DNA of 64,000 nucleotides from Octopus bimaculoides (taxonomy: Eukaryota): contig NC_068984.1 in NCBI RefSeq assembly GCF_001194135.2, positions 102,933,026 to 102,997,025 of the forward strand, read 5' to 3'. Position numbers and translations under genes: made by a program. This document shows positions 52,191 to 64,000 of this stretch, piece by piece (positions within the stretch are counted from its first letter, which is position 1; each line of letters begins with the position of its first letter). The notes beneath the pieces are model-generated. The model ran no database searches, was not told where the DNA came from, and saw only the letters and a program-made list of their open reading frames with translations.

Positions 52191-53399
52191 TAGCATTATC
52201 GTCATCGTTATTATTATTGCTGCTGCTGTTGTTACTGTTACTGTTAAGTTGCATTGGGTAACTTTAATGTCTTCGCTACAATCATTGTGTCCTGAAGGAA
52301 TGAGGCTACATTAAACGTTAATTAGAAAATATGGCTTTAGCACCTCATTGTGACGGACCTGCGAGGGAGGTCCTGCATGGTTTCACAGTCTGATAGAAAT
52401 AGAAACTACATCCACTGAAATACACCAATCAACATTAAAAAATAAAAAGAACACATAAATACGGAATAGTCACGACTGGAACGCTATTGGTCACTTGTTT
52501 TCTCAAAAAGATCTGACCTGGTGCTCTGCAATTACCATTGATTTCATTGGTCCCATTAATCCTAATATGAGATGGCATATCATGTTTTTAAAACTGAATT
52601 CATGAACTCCTCTGTATATTGAACCTCTTAATCAATATATTAAAGCTGTATCTATAAGCTTGAATGACTGTACAATCCAGATAGAAGATGGAGATTGATG
52701 ATTTGATTGATGATTTTTCTTAATTTTATCGCTTGGGTGCAGGTTTTGATCTTTCCTGCAACCACTTAAAACCATGAAAGTGTTACGCTCTGCTAGAGAA
52801 AACTTTGACTTTAAAATCTTTCATGAAACTCATACTTGGAAATTCAATAGATTATTGCTGTTACAGATAGTCAAATGGTTATTGGCACCCTTAGAAGATG
52901 ATACATCATTAGCATATTCATCCGCAGATTAATATGTGGTCCAATAAAAGATGGTTTCAGGCCGGCATTCAATCTATCAAATTTCATTTCTCTTAAGAAA
53001 ACTACTAAAGTCCCTCAAAATCATAGGACAACCACACTGCCAAAACATTAGTTAAAAGAGTAGAATGAGAAGAAGCTGGTGAGGATATGCTTCGGTGAAC
53101 CTTAAATGACAAGTTCGAATTCCATGGAGAAACGGAAACAGTTTCTATCGGCTTGAAACGGTGTCTTGCATGACATTGTACTTCCATCCAAACTGCCGCC
53201 CCCTTGACACCCAGGCATATTCCTAGCGCTCCCACTCCAACAAACCATCACAAACATAGGCCTCTTTCTGAAACAAATTCAAAGCAACTGTATTTCATAA
53301 ATAAAACTTAACCTAACGAATCCATTATTTTGTTGTTTTTACATGAATCACCATCCCATCATTGCCCCAATTTTTACATGAATTCTTACATCATTGCCC

Positions 53400-53474
53400 C
53401 AATTTTCTTCAACGACCCCTTGAAACTTTCCACCGCCCTTAGCGGGGCAGTACCGCCCACTTTGGGAACCACTG
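53400..53474 (+). mobile_element. right end of a hAT (Charlie-type) MITE
   Basis: cgacccct...cgcccactttgggaaccactg resembles the hAT TIR at 33844-33858; left end not found. Confidence 0.5.
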
Positions 53475-53483
53475 TCATAAACT

Positions 53484-53831
53484 ATAGCTTCTTTTACGAG
53501 AAGTATTAAATCTCCCATAACATTAATCTCTTAAACCATAGTTTCTCTTATGGGAAGTGTTAAACCTCCCATAGCATTAATCTTTTAACCATAACTTCTG
53601 TTATCGGAGGTGCTAAGTCTCTCATAATGTTAATCTCTTATACCATAGCTTCTCTTACAGGAAGTGTTAAACCTCCCATAAGGTTAATCTTTTAAACCAT
53701 AGCTTCTCTTACGTGAAGTGTTAAACCTCTCATAACATTAATCTTTTAAACCATAGCTTCTCTTATGGAAAGTGTTAAGCCTCCCATAACATTAATCTCT
53801 TATATCATAGCTTGCCTTATGGGAAGTGTTA
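53484..53831. repeat. 54-bp minisatellite, about 6.5 units
   Basis: Unit atagcttctcttacaggaagtgttaaacctcccataaggttaatcttttaaacc repeated with substitutions. Confidence 0.92.
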
Positions 53832-53999
53832 TTGATATTGCAGAGGTTGGAACTGCCAAAGTACCTTGGCATTACTTTCTTAATCTTTCTTAGAATTTTT
53901 GAGCAATGCTACAGAAGGACCACACAGAACAACCTCATTGATAAGGCGTCATTGGAAGGTACATCCAAGCTTTTATTCAAGTTATATTAATAGTAAACT

Positions 54000-54960
54000 G
54001 GCATCAGTTTTTGACAAACTGGGTTACAATTATTAGAAAGCAAAATACACGTTTCCTAAAGCTGTACACATCCTGAAGCATGAGTATGAACCAGTTTAGC
54101 TCCAACAACTTATCTCTTCTGCGTCTTCTCTTGACATGTGTAGCACTATGCCACTTCATTCTACAGCAGATTTTTATAAAGTTGTTAAGAAAGCTAAAAG
54201 AATCCTGTCAACGTTGTTTAGCAACTTCTCAATAGTTTCTTATGTGAAGTATACACGTCTATTCTCCAAAGAAACAGCAAATATTATTTGATTAAATTGA
54301 ATTGCAAGCTGCCTCATAGCTACTACTGCTATGCTTGGCTAACATGGCAGTTATTTGAAAATGTCGCTTTATCTCAGTTTCTTTCAGTTAGCGATTGAAG
54401 GTCAACATAAGAAAGAGGTCTTGTCGACCAAAATTTCTGAATTGTGTATTTGTAACCAAATGAAGGATAGTAAATATAAGTGAAGAATGAAAATACTCGA
54501 GTTCTCCAGTAAATATAGAAGGGAGATAATTCATATTCCAAAACTTTGGAGATGTGCCTCATTACCTCCTACACCCTTCTGATGTTCTTAATTCTCATTC
54601 CTGACCTGAAGTTTCTACAGCATTTTTGTTAACATACATGGACTCTGATAAGTAATCCCTTTTCATTCTTCAACATTCCTTTTCTTTGTTAATCATTAGA
54701 CTCAATACATATACAAAATTGACAAATACATTCTTACTAAGTATTTGGACGACTGTTAGATAATTTTAAAATGATACCCAACTTGACCTCGACAGAAAAT
54801 TAATAGATGCTCGCATAGTAGTCTCCATTTTCTCGTAATAGATCAATACGCCTCTTTGACTGGAAGTTCTCTTTTTCACTTTGTTTCAACTGATCAGCAT
54901 TCCATTTCAAAGAAGTGTTATTTCTCTGTCACTTCAACATTATGAGCAGCACGATTAGCA
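54000..54960 (-). mobile_element. old LINE RT remnant (RTE-like)
   Basis: Reverse complement shows AAH, NFVY(L)S and W...L-like pieces in RT order; heavily decayed. Confidence 0.35.
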
Positions 54961-55521
54961 AGCTAAGAAACCGATAGATGACCTCATAAACGTAGTGCTT
55001 TGGAAGAAAAAGGTAATCCAATAACCGAAAATATATACCTAGCTGCAAACAGAGTTAAAAACGAACAAAAACAATATATGCAGAACTGTAAAGAAAGAAA
55101 AGGTGGAACAAACGAGAACGTGGAACTATTTGAACGAGTTTAGGAAGAATAAGACGAAATGTGGAAAGGAAAGAAAAGATTAACAGATTTACATGTTTTA
55201 AAATATTATACTTGCAGAACAGGTAAAAATGTAATATAAATCACCGAAAAAGATATGAAAACAGTAACCAAACGTAACTGAGAAAACTATATAAAATACC
55301 TCTATAGGTTTTTTTTTTATCATGTTTTAAAATATTGTATTAGCAGAGGTAAACAATAATGCAGCATAAAATAGTGGAAAATCAACATATAAAGATTTAT
55401 AACTGCTATAAGAAATTTAAGAAAGAAGAAGAAAATACAAGGAAATGTATATATATATGTTAGACTAATTTTAAGTTTTGAAATTTGATAAAAACGCGTA
55501 ATATAATGAAAAACGAATCAT

Positions 55522-55613
<92 letters not shown>

Positions 55614-55689
55614 GAAAGAGAGAGAGAGAGAGTGAGAAAGAGAGAGAGAGAGAGTGAGAAAGAGAGAGAGAGAGAGAAGGGGAGATAGG

Positions 55690-55734
<45 letters not shown>

Positions 55735-57289
55735 GCTTATATTCATACATTCATACACACATGCATTCATACATACTTATAAATATGTGTGCAGATGTTG
55801 TGCGCGTGTAAGTGTGTATGTGTGTGTGTGTGTGTCTGTCTGTCTGTCTGTCTGCGTGTTTTATTCTCCGCACGTAGGTTTGAAAAATTCAACAGTTTAC
55901 CATAAGTCTGAGTGAAATGATAATAAGAGAAAAATAAAGTAAGGTATTTTACAATAACAAAAGTTGACAGAGAAAAGAAAACATAAAAAATCTATAGTCA
56001 GAATAAGAAATAGTTTTGCTGTACTCTATACGTGTGATTGTACCGAAGATATTCCCAACAGGTTAGCTGATCTATGGTCGAAGTATTATAAAAATTTGAA
56101 AGAGAAAATTATGATATAAAACACAACTCTGACGGAAAATACATAAAACAATGGTAACATTAGTTTAAATATGGAATGGTATCACCAGAGAATTCTAGGA
56201 TGTAATTTTGTCTATTCTGTCACAATACAGCAAGAATGATTTAAAGCATGTGATAGATGCCACATATTCTTGACCATGTGTACACTTAGGGGTTTAGTTT
56301 TTTGAAACACTGACAACGAAAAGAGCATCACAAACACACACGAAAATACTGGTACACACTCACTCACACACACACAAACACAAATACACACACTTTCTTT
56401 TATGCGTTACAGCTATGCGACTGCGGCAATGTACCCATTTCACAGCTGTATTATGTAGTTGAATTCTTCAAGGTAGTGTGACTTCCTATCACCACGCTTG
56501 TGTGTGCTTTTTACCTGGTTGTTGGCTCATTTAGTGAATGATCGAGTTTCGCACTGCTGCCCTCACCTGTACTTCATGCTAAGATGTTAGTTCTTTGGGT
56601 ATCTGAATAGAAGGATGTCCAGTTCCTTTTTCAAGACATCCATATGGTATAGGTTTCTTAATTTTCATGGTAGAGCATTGAAAAATGTTTGGCTTTGAAT
56701 TCCAAGTTATTGCCGGTCCTCATTTTGGATGAAGTTCCACTAGAAACAGTCGATGTTGCTATTTAATGTGTTGCTCTTCCTGACACAAAATCTCAGATGT
56801 ATGTAAACCTAAGCTTCCTCAGGTTTACATACATCTCCACAATTTGTATGGAAAGTATATAATCGTTAATAAAAACAAGTCTTGCTCTATTTTCTCATTT
56901 TCGGAGGTATTAAATGTAGTCTACTCTCATAGGATATGAACTTAGAACATAGAAAGATTAAATCAATTACTGTAGGGTATATAGTCTAGTGCGGTGATAT
57001 TTCGGCCAATCCACTACTTCAAGTAACAATGTCAATAACATACACACACATATGTGCACACAGTGGAACGAAACCATCTCCAGTCCATATTTGATTCCGT
57101 CCTTGGCGAACAAGCTTCTGAACAAAAGGACATTTAATATGGAATATTTAAGTAATAACATCAAGTAATAATGGTTCCAACAGTTTCGATGGGAGATTAT
57201 AAGTCGCATATCTTTCCCAGTCTATAACTGACACTTTATTTTATCGACCCACTATATACGCGCATGATATTAAATAAAATCTGCAAACT

Positions 57290-58265
57290 CGGTGTTATTT
57301 GAATATAAAGAGTCGGAACAAATGTAAATACCACGGAGCGTATCTTCCGATGCTCTAACGATTCTGGTATCTTGCCACTTCGTTTCTGATGCCAGCAAAT
57401 TTGAGGCGAAATGGTGATTCGATTATACTTCTGCCTTCTTGACTATACTTTATTTGATTGGTTCCAAAACACTGCTAGGTAAAGTTGATCTCAGTAGGAT
57501 CTGAACTAAATTGAAGAATCGAAAAAATACTATGAGGCATTTTGTCGTACGCGTTGTTAATTTTGTCAATTAGCCCTTTTACAATAAAAATAATGATCCT
57601 TTCTTCAATAGGCACAAAACCTGAAATTTCGGGCTAGGGTGCTATTCGAGTACATCAACCCTAGTGATAAACTGGTGCTTTATTTCATCGACTCCAAACA
57701 AATGAATGGTAAAGGTGTTCTCGGCGGCCTTTGAACTCTACGTTAAGCCTGAAGAAATGTCGTCAGGTATTATGTCCGGCGTGGTATCAATTCTACCAGC
57801 TCAATGCTTTTACAATAATAATAACGATGGCACAAAGCCTGAAAATTTGTGTGAGGGGACTAGTCGATTACATTGATCCCAGAATTTCACAGGTACTAAA
57901 CTTTTCAACCCCGAAAGGATGAAAGGCAAAGTCGAATTCGGCGGAATTTGAACTCATAACGTAAAGACGGACGAAATACTGCTAAGCATTCTGGCCGACG
58001 AGCAAACGATTATGCCAGCTCGCTGCCTTACTGATAATAATAGTAATAATAATCTTTTCTACTAAAAGCACTAGGCTCGAAACTTTCTGGGAGTGGTTAA
58101 GTCAATTACATCGACCTCAGTACTCATCTGGTACTAAATTTTTCGACCCCGAAAGGATGAAAGGCAAAATCGATATCGGCGGAATCTGAACTCAGAACGT
58201 TGTGACAAGCGAAATGCCGCTAAGCATTTTGGCCGGCGTCCTAACGATTCTACCAGCTAGCCTCC

Positions 58266-58268
<3 letters not shown>
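57290..58268 (-). mobile_element. head-to-tail array of SINE family A copies
   Basis: Copies at about 57290-57375 (partial), 57400-57580, 57600-57810, 57826-58030 and 58055-58268, with short TAA linkers between the last three. Confidence 0.85.
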
Positions 58269-58360
<92 letters not shown>

Positions 58361-58362
<2 letters not shown>

Positions 58363-58767
58363 GGTGCAGGAGGGGCTGTGTGGTAAGTAGCTTGCTTACC
58401 AACCACATGGTTCCGGGTTCAGTCCCACTGCGTGGCACCTTGGGCAAGTGTCTTCAACTATAGCCTCGGGCCGACCAAAGCCTTGTGAGTGGATTTGGTA
58501 GACGGAAACGGAAAGAAGCCCGTCGTTTATATGTATATATATATATATGTTTGTGTGTCTGTGTTTGTCCCCCCCACACACACACAACATCGCTTGACAA
58601 CCGATGGTGGTGTGTTTACGTCCCCGTAACTTAGTGGTTCGGCAAAAGAGACCGATAGAATAAGTACTAGGCTTACAAAGAATAAGTCCTGGGGCCGATT
58701 TGCTCGACTAAAGGCGGTGCTCCAGCATGGCCGCAGTCAAATGACTGAAACAAGTAAAAGAGTAAAA

Positions 58768-58790
<23 letters not shown>
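58361..58790 (+). mobile_element. SINE family B, full composite, near-consensus
   Basis: Same layout as 24249-24649; between a (TAA)n tract (58268-58360) and a (TAG)n tract. Confidence 0.93.
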
Positions 58791-58802
<12 letters not shown>

Positions 58803-61449
58803 CAGCAAAAAACCTATTGAATATATACCCTCAGAATATTTACTGGGGTTTTGTTCTTGTCCGTTCCATTATTTTTTAATGGATGAAAAGTAACAATGCT
58901 AGTTCAATTTGACCTCATAAAAGTGGGAAGAAACTAATTGCTTTTAATCCATAGTGCATCAAAATCTGCCAACTCATTGCCATCGTTTTATTCGGTAATA
59001 TTAATTTTACACCCTCAATCTGACAATATAATTCTCGATGAAAAATAAAATAATCAAGACGAGAAATATAGGACATCCATTAATGGTTCGATTTTATTCT
59101 TTCTTCGCTCAATTTGAATTCATTATTTTTTTTGTTCCACAGAACAATTATCTAAAACTTGTGAATATAAAAATCAGCAGTTGATGTCTTCAAATATTTC
59201 ACTCAAATATTTCAAAATCGCATTTACTCTCAATCCAAATTCGATCCACATTTTTTCTCTCCCTTAAAATAATGTTCACATACCTTTCTCAGGAGAAATC
59301 TAAAATATTTTACGTTTTATGTCTTCTTCCACAAAATACTAAAACTAAAAATAAAATGCAAATTTTTGAATATTTATTTGAATTTTTTTTTATATTTTTC
59401 GAACGCTATAATATTTTCTTATAACATTCCAAATTTTAAAATTTTATGAAAATTGTTTTTCTTCCTTGATTGTTATTGTGGCATTTTATATTATTTTTTA
59501 TTAAATAAGAAAAAAATTTGCCCTAATTATGTGATAAGTTCAATCACTAACTTTCAGTAGCAAATACTGATTATGAAGTTCTTTTATTTCCTGTTTTGTC
59601 TAAATTGTTTAAATAGCAATGATTAAAATAAAACAAAGAAAAAAAAAAGAAAAATAACAATAGTCTGCTGATGTGAATACTGAGTTTTGGAATATTCCGG
59701 AATTTGTTTGGTTTTTACTAGTTACATACCAACGCTTTATTGTAGTGTGATACTTTTAATTGAATCGATTCCTACATATTACTGGTATTTGTAATATCGA
59801 CCGTACAGTACTAAAAGTGTGCGTGCGTAAAAAAGAAATGAATATTTTGGGGGGCTATAGACATTGAGAAACATCCACAAAGTGTCACACCATGACTGCA
59901 ACATAAACATTAATGTAAAAAACTTCGAATGTGAGAAAGAAACGAGTTAATATTTCAATGTGATATATGAAGGTAATTCGAGTTGCTGCTTCTGGATCAA
60001 ATACGTTCCTTCAGTGACCCTACTGTTCCCTTGTATTTCATGATTTACATCATCCAATGTATCTTTCTATGTTTCGGAAGTACAGGAAGTAGTTTGAGAG
60101 TGTTTCACTACTACTTTTGGTAGGTATAATTGACACGTCAACTAACTTTAATAGTGTATTAGAGTTTCTGACTATAATGTCTCGTAGTATTTAATTTCAT
60201 CCCTCTTGTCTTACATTCCTGCATCGAGTGCAGTAAGCAGTAAATATTTATACATTCAGACAGATTTAATCCATCATTTTCTCTTTTAAAATTCTGATAA
60301 AAAAATAACTAATATAATTCATTTTTCATAGATAACGTTGGCAGTTACGAACAATTGTCTTTTTTTAACTGATACCAAAAAAGTAAGATGATTGATTAAA
60401 TATATCAGTTTGATGTAACCCTACAGTCTGATACAGGATTATTTAGAGTTATAAACTTTCTGAGGATTAGAGTATTTGAATCCGATTTTATTAGATTAAC
60501 ACAAATTTATTGAGAATAGGGTGTTTCCATGCATATTCACTGTAGTCTACTAACAAAGAACTGATTTTTATGTAAACATATAAATTGATTTTGAGAAATC
60601 AAATCATAAATTCTTTAAATTATCTCTCCTTGTCTTAAGGGATCGAAAACAATTGCACAAGGCTTCTCTTCTCATTCTCTTACTAAGAGGTGAATTTTAT
60701 TTTATTGAAAAATGTTTGCACACGGTATTCAATGCATTACCTTATCTAAATTTACACCGATGATTATTTAGACTAAGAGGATTCATGCATATTAATATTG
60801 GTCGCAATTTTTCCTGACGCTTTTCTTGTTTGTAAAATTCTTTATCAAATCAGGCTCCAATTTGACTGCGCTTCACTGTTGAGATCCTGTATAGTGCAAC
60901 ATATCTGTAGCTGTCGCCTTGCGAACAAAGACCACATCTTCCCTTACCGTGTGTGAAATTAATTCTTAATTTCATGGAATTTAGTAAATATACTAACATA
61001 CTAGAGTTTCAGTTTGTTGGTGTGTATGAGGCTATACAGATATATGCGTATGTTTGTTAGTGTGTATGAGGTTGTACACGTATATACGTATGTGTGTGGA
61101 GGATTAATATTCCTAGTCGAAGAGTGTCGCCTCTTCAGGGGAATCATATCTCTGACTATACTTTGTTGTTCTATTTTTCGATTGTTTCTTTTTAATCGAA
61201 AGGATCTTCTTGTTCTAATTCTCGTGAGTGAATAGAATGATACTGCTGCTAGAGGTCGCTTCTTTCTCGTTTAGTTTTTGCTCTAGGTGACTCTTATTGA
61301 TTCAGCCGATTATAGCTGGGTTCTTCTATCTTGTGATCAGTATTAGTAATGCGAATAGTTGAATTATTTCGCCGACTACAAATTAGTGTTCACTGTCGCC
61401 TTAAAACCTTTGATCCCCACCGTTCATTCTTTCTGCTATTCTTTAATTT

Positions 61450-61562
61450 TATTGCCCCTGAAAGGATGAAAAGCAAAGTTGAACTTATGGCTTAAAAAGC
61501 CAGGAGAAATGTCCCAAAGCACTGTGTCCGACGCGCTAATGACTCTGCTAGCTAATTGCCTT
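61450..61562 (-). mobile_element. SINE family A, decayed 5' part
   Basis: cccctgaaaggatgaaaagcaaagttgaac...gacgcgctaatgactctgctagctaattgcctt. Confidence 0.65.
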
Positions 61563-61639
61563 GATGATGATAATAATAATAATTTTTTTCTTTATTGGCC
61601 ATCATGGCCGAACACAAAACACAGAGGACGATGCACAAA

Positions 61640-62387
61640 CGAGGGACAGTAAGTTTAAGCATGCAAACAGCCAGCAAATACAACGATTAAGAAAGAGATT
61701 AAATCAAAAATATGCTTCCCCAATAGGGGGGAAGTTCCACTGTAAGGTGACCAAAGAGACCTCACACACTTTGGACTCTTTAACACCAATGGCTCCTCAG
61801 GAAGGCATCCTCTCTTCTCCCTTCCATTCGGCCTACTGGCGCACACTTAGAGTAGGTCCATTCACGCGGCCCATTCTTATCACATTCAGCCACCTTTGAA
61901 CGAACTTACAAGGTGTCAGTACTTGCCTCTCCAGCCTCAATTTCCTTTTCAGGTAGAACCTGAAAATATCAATGAGGCCTTGGCCAAAAAGGAAGGTACC
62001 TGTCTTCAACCCTTTCAATCGCGCCCACCACACAGCTTCTTTTGTCATAGCCACCAGACAGGGGCATGGAACGACAGTCAGGTGACAGTATATGACGGAT
62101 GTACGTATTTCCCACTTCCGCCCGACATTTCAGAGACAGCTTCCTCTCGACCAGTTTCTGGGTGAGACTGGCCACTCTGTCTGTCACCTCTACAGAGTTC
62201 TTGTCCACTTGGAGATCAGGACCGAACCAGTCCTTGAGCAATTTAACAGGTCTTTCCATCCAGCGCCCCACAATGCTGTCGGTTAGCATGGGCCTGCCTC
62301 TCCAGGTGCCGAGCTTCAGTTCAGGCCCACTGACTTCTTGTTGATCATTGCTCCTGTCACCGCTTCGTATTCCCTTAGAGTAGTGCC
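61640..62387 (-). mobile_element. Tx1/L1-clade LINE fragment (RT C-terminal region)
   Basis: PVKLLKDWFGPDLQVDKNSVEVTDRVASLTQKLVERKLSLKCRAEVGNTYI resembles the Tx1 post-RT VK.LG.WF...W..RKLSL.GRA.V.N motif. Confidence 0.75.
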
Positions 62388-62430
<43 letters not shown>

Positions 62431-64000
62431 ATTAATCTGCATGTTTGTTACAGTCACTTGCCGAGACACACCCAGCGTCTTGAGGCGAGTGAAGGAAAAG
62501 AGATGTTACAGTATGACTGAAAACTTGGGAAGGGGAGGTAGTGAAATATCTTGATGTAATACAACACAGATATTTAAATAGATAGGGTTTTCTAAGAATA
62601 TAAGTAATACTTGTCAGCACAATCTTTTGGATTTTTCTGAGACATGGTTCTCCTGTTTCTGACATTCCCTTTTTTTTTATCAAACCTAGAGCACCTACAA
62701 TAACAGGAACAGTTCTCGTTCTAAGATGCCACATCTTTTGTATTTGAATTTTCAAGTCACTATATTTATCTAGTTTGTCAAATTCCTTGACAGATATAAT
62801 TTTAACAGTGGGAACATTTACATCTATTAGTGTACAAGCCTTTTCTTCACTTTTTGTTATCTCTGGTCTGGTCGATTATGTCTGGTAGATTAGCCTGGAT
62901 CGTTCTATCAGCGTTGACTGGGGAATCCCTGAGGATAGTGAAATTTTTACCTTCAACGACTGGCTCAGGATGATGTTCATACCAGTAAGCTGGAGTGCTG
63001 ATTTTGTAGTGTTTACATATTTTCCAATGTAAATACTGTCCTACCCTATCGTGATGATTTTTATATTCGTTTGGTGTCAGCACAGGACATCCCGAGACAA
63101 GATGGTTTGTTGTTTCATGAAATGTGTCGCGGAATCTGCATTGAGGGTCAGAACCGTTTTGACGAACGTTAGCCTGGTAGTTTTTTGTGAGCAAGCTTTG
63201 GTCTTATGCCGCCAATATGAAACCTTCAGTCTCTGCTTTCAGTCCTGAACTTCTCAGCCACTGATGGGTTGAAATTAATCTACATCAACATTTCGACTTC
63301 GAAGTATATACTGTCCATGCAGAGGCTTCTGGCTCTATCGCTCCTCAATTTGTTTCTATCCGTTCTCTTTCGCAGTCTGATTGATCCAATATGCCCGTTT
63401 TGTGGCGGTGGTTTCAGGTTCTTCAATTCTTTCAGGTTTAATGTCAAGTTCCCTTGCGAATTTGCAAGCTTCCTTGACAATCGAATGTGACTTTTTGTTG
63501 CTTTCGTGTTTGCACACAAGTCGCAGCGTCCAGTCCTCTGTACTAGATAAGTACCTGTTCATTGCTATTGTGGAGGTCTTATAGGACAGTTCTACCTGCA
63601 TCATTCCTCTTCCCCCATTACTTCTAGGTAGGTAGAGACGATATCAGCATCTGCTTTTGGGTGCTGCATGTTCTTAGAAGCTGGTATTTTTTCTTGTCTT
63701 ACTGTCCAGGCGTTGGAGCTCTGTAAGATTCCAGTTAAATGTGTTAAAACTATATTGGACCACGGGAAGTGACGGGTGTTAATGGCATCGATGAAATTTT
63801 TAGAGTTCAGTTTTTAGTATGAGTCTTATTCTCTTGTAATATTCTTTTCTTATTTTTTCCTTCATAACAGCATGTTATATACCATCTCCTTCATTTATCC
63901 CCAGGTATCTGTAATTATCTTGTGGGTCAAGCTACTTGATAGTAGTGTCGGTATCTAATTTAATGGAAGCTATCTGCCTAAGCTTGCCTCTTACAAGAGT
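62388..64000 (-). mobile_element. R4/Dong-clade 3' portion with (TAA)n tail; continues beyond the window
   Basis: Minus ORFs: DPQCRF...ETTNHLVSGCPVLTPNEYKNHHDRVG..WYEHHP..ANLPDII; KIQIQKMWHLRTRTVPVIVGALG...IQKIVLTSITYILRK; 3' UTR then TAA tail 62388-62432. Confidence 0.92.

Noticed and set aside
52640-53270. Possible old LINE RT remnant (YAND-like motif on minus strand)
   Set aside because: Too decayed to assign or bound.
53484-53831. CRISPR-like palindromic repeat array
   Set aside because: No unique spacers, eukaryotic context, no cas genes.

Overview
AT-rich eukaryotic DNA with no intact host gene that I can support, so probably intergenic or a long intron. It is dense in microsatellites and broken by about 13 N-gaps. 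The repeat inventory looks like a cephalopod (Octopus-type) genome; this is inferred from repeat families, not from a search. Contents: (i) seven fragments of R4/Dong-clade non-LTR retrotransposons (RT + CCHC + restriction-like endonuclease), most abutting (TAA)n tracts, one nearly full length at 17.1-20.2 kb; (ii) three tRNA-derived SINE families (called A, B, C here) in more than 20 copies; (iii) RTE, Tx1/L1 and Penelope-like remnants; (iv) decayed DNA transposons (mariner, Tc1, a TIR-complete maT/DD37D-like element, a TIR+TSD-complete hAT/Buster element) and two MITEs; (v) two minisatellites. The most notable signal is a short repeat family carrying minimal type I hammerhead-ribozyme-like motifs with a variant CUGUUGA core. 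Two of these motifs lie in tandem about 317 nt apart at 11.3-11.7 kb, a retrozyme-like arrangement. Most long ORFs in the supplied track are artefacts of microsatellites or N-gaps. All alignments were done by eye and coordinates of decayed elements are approximate.
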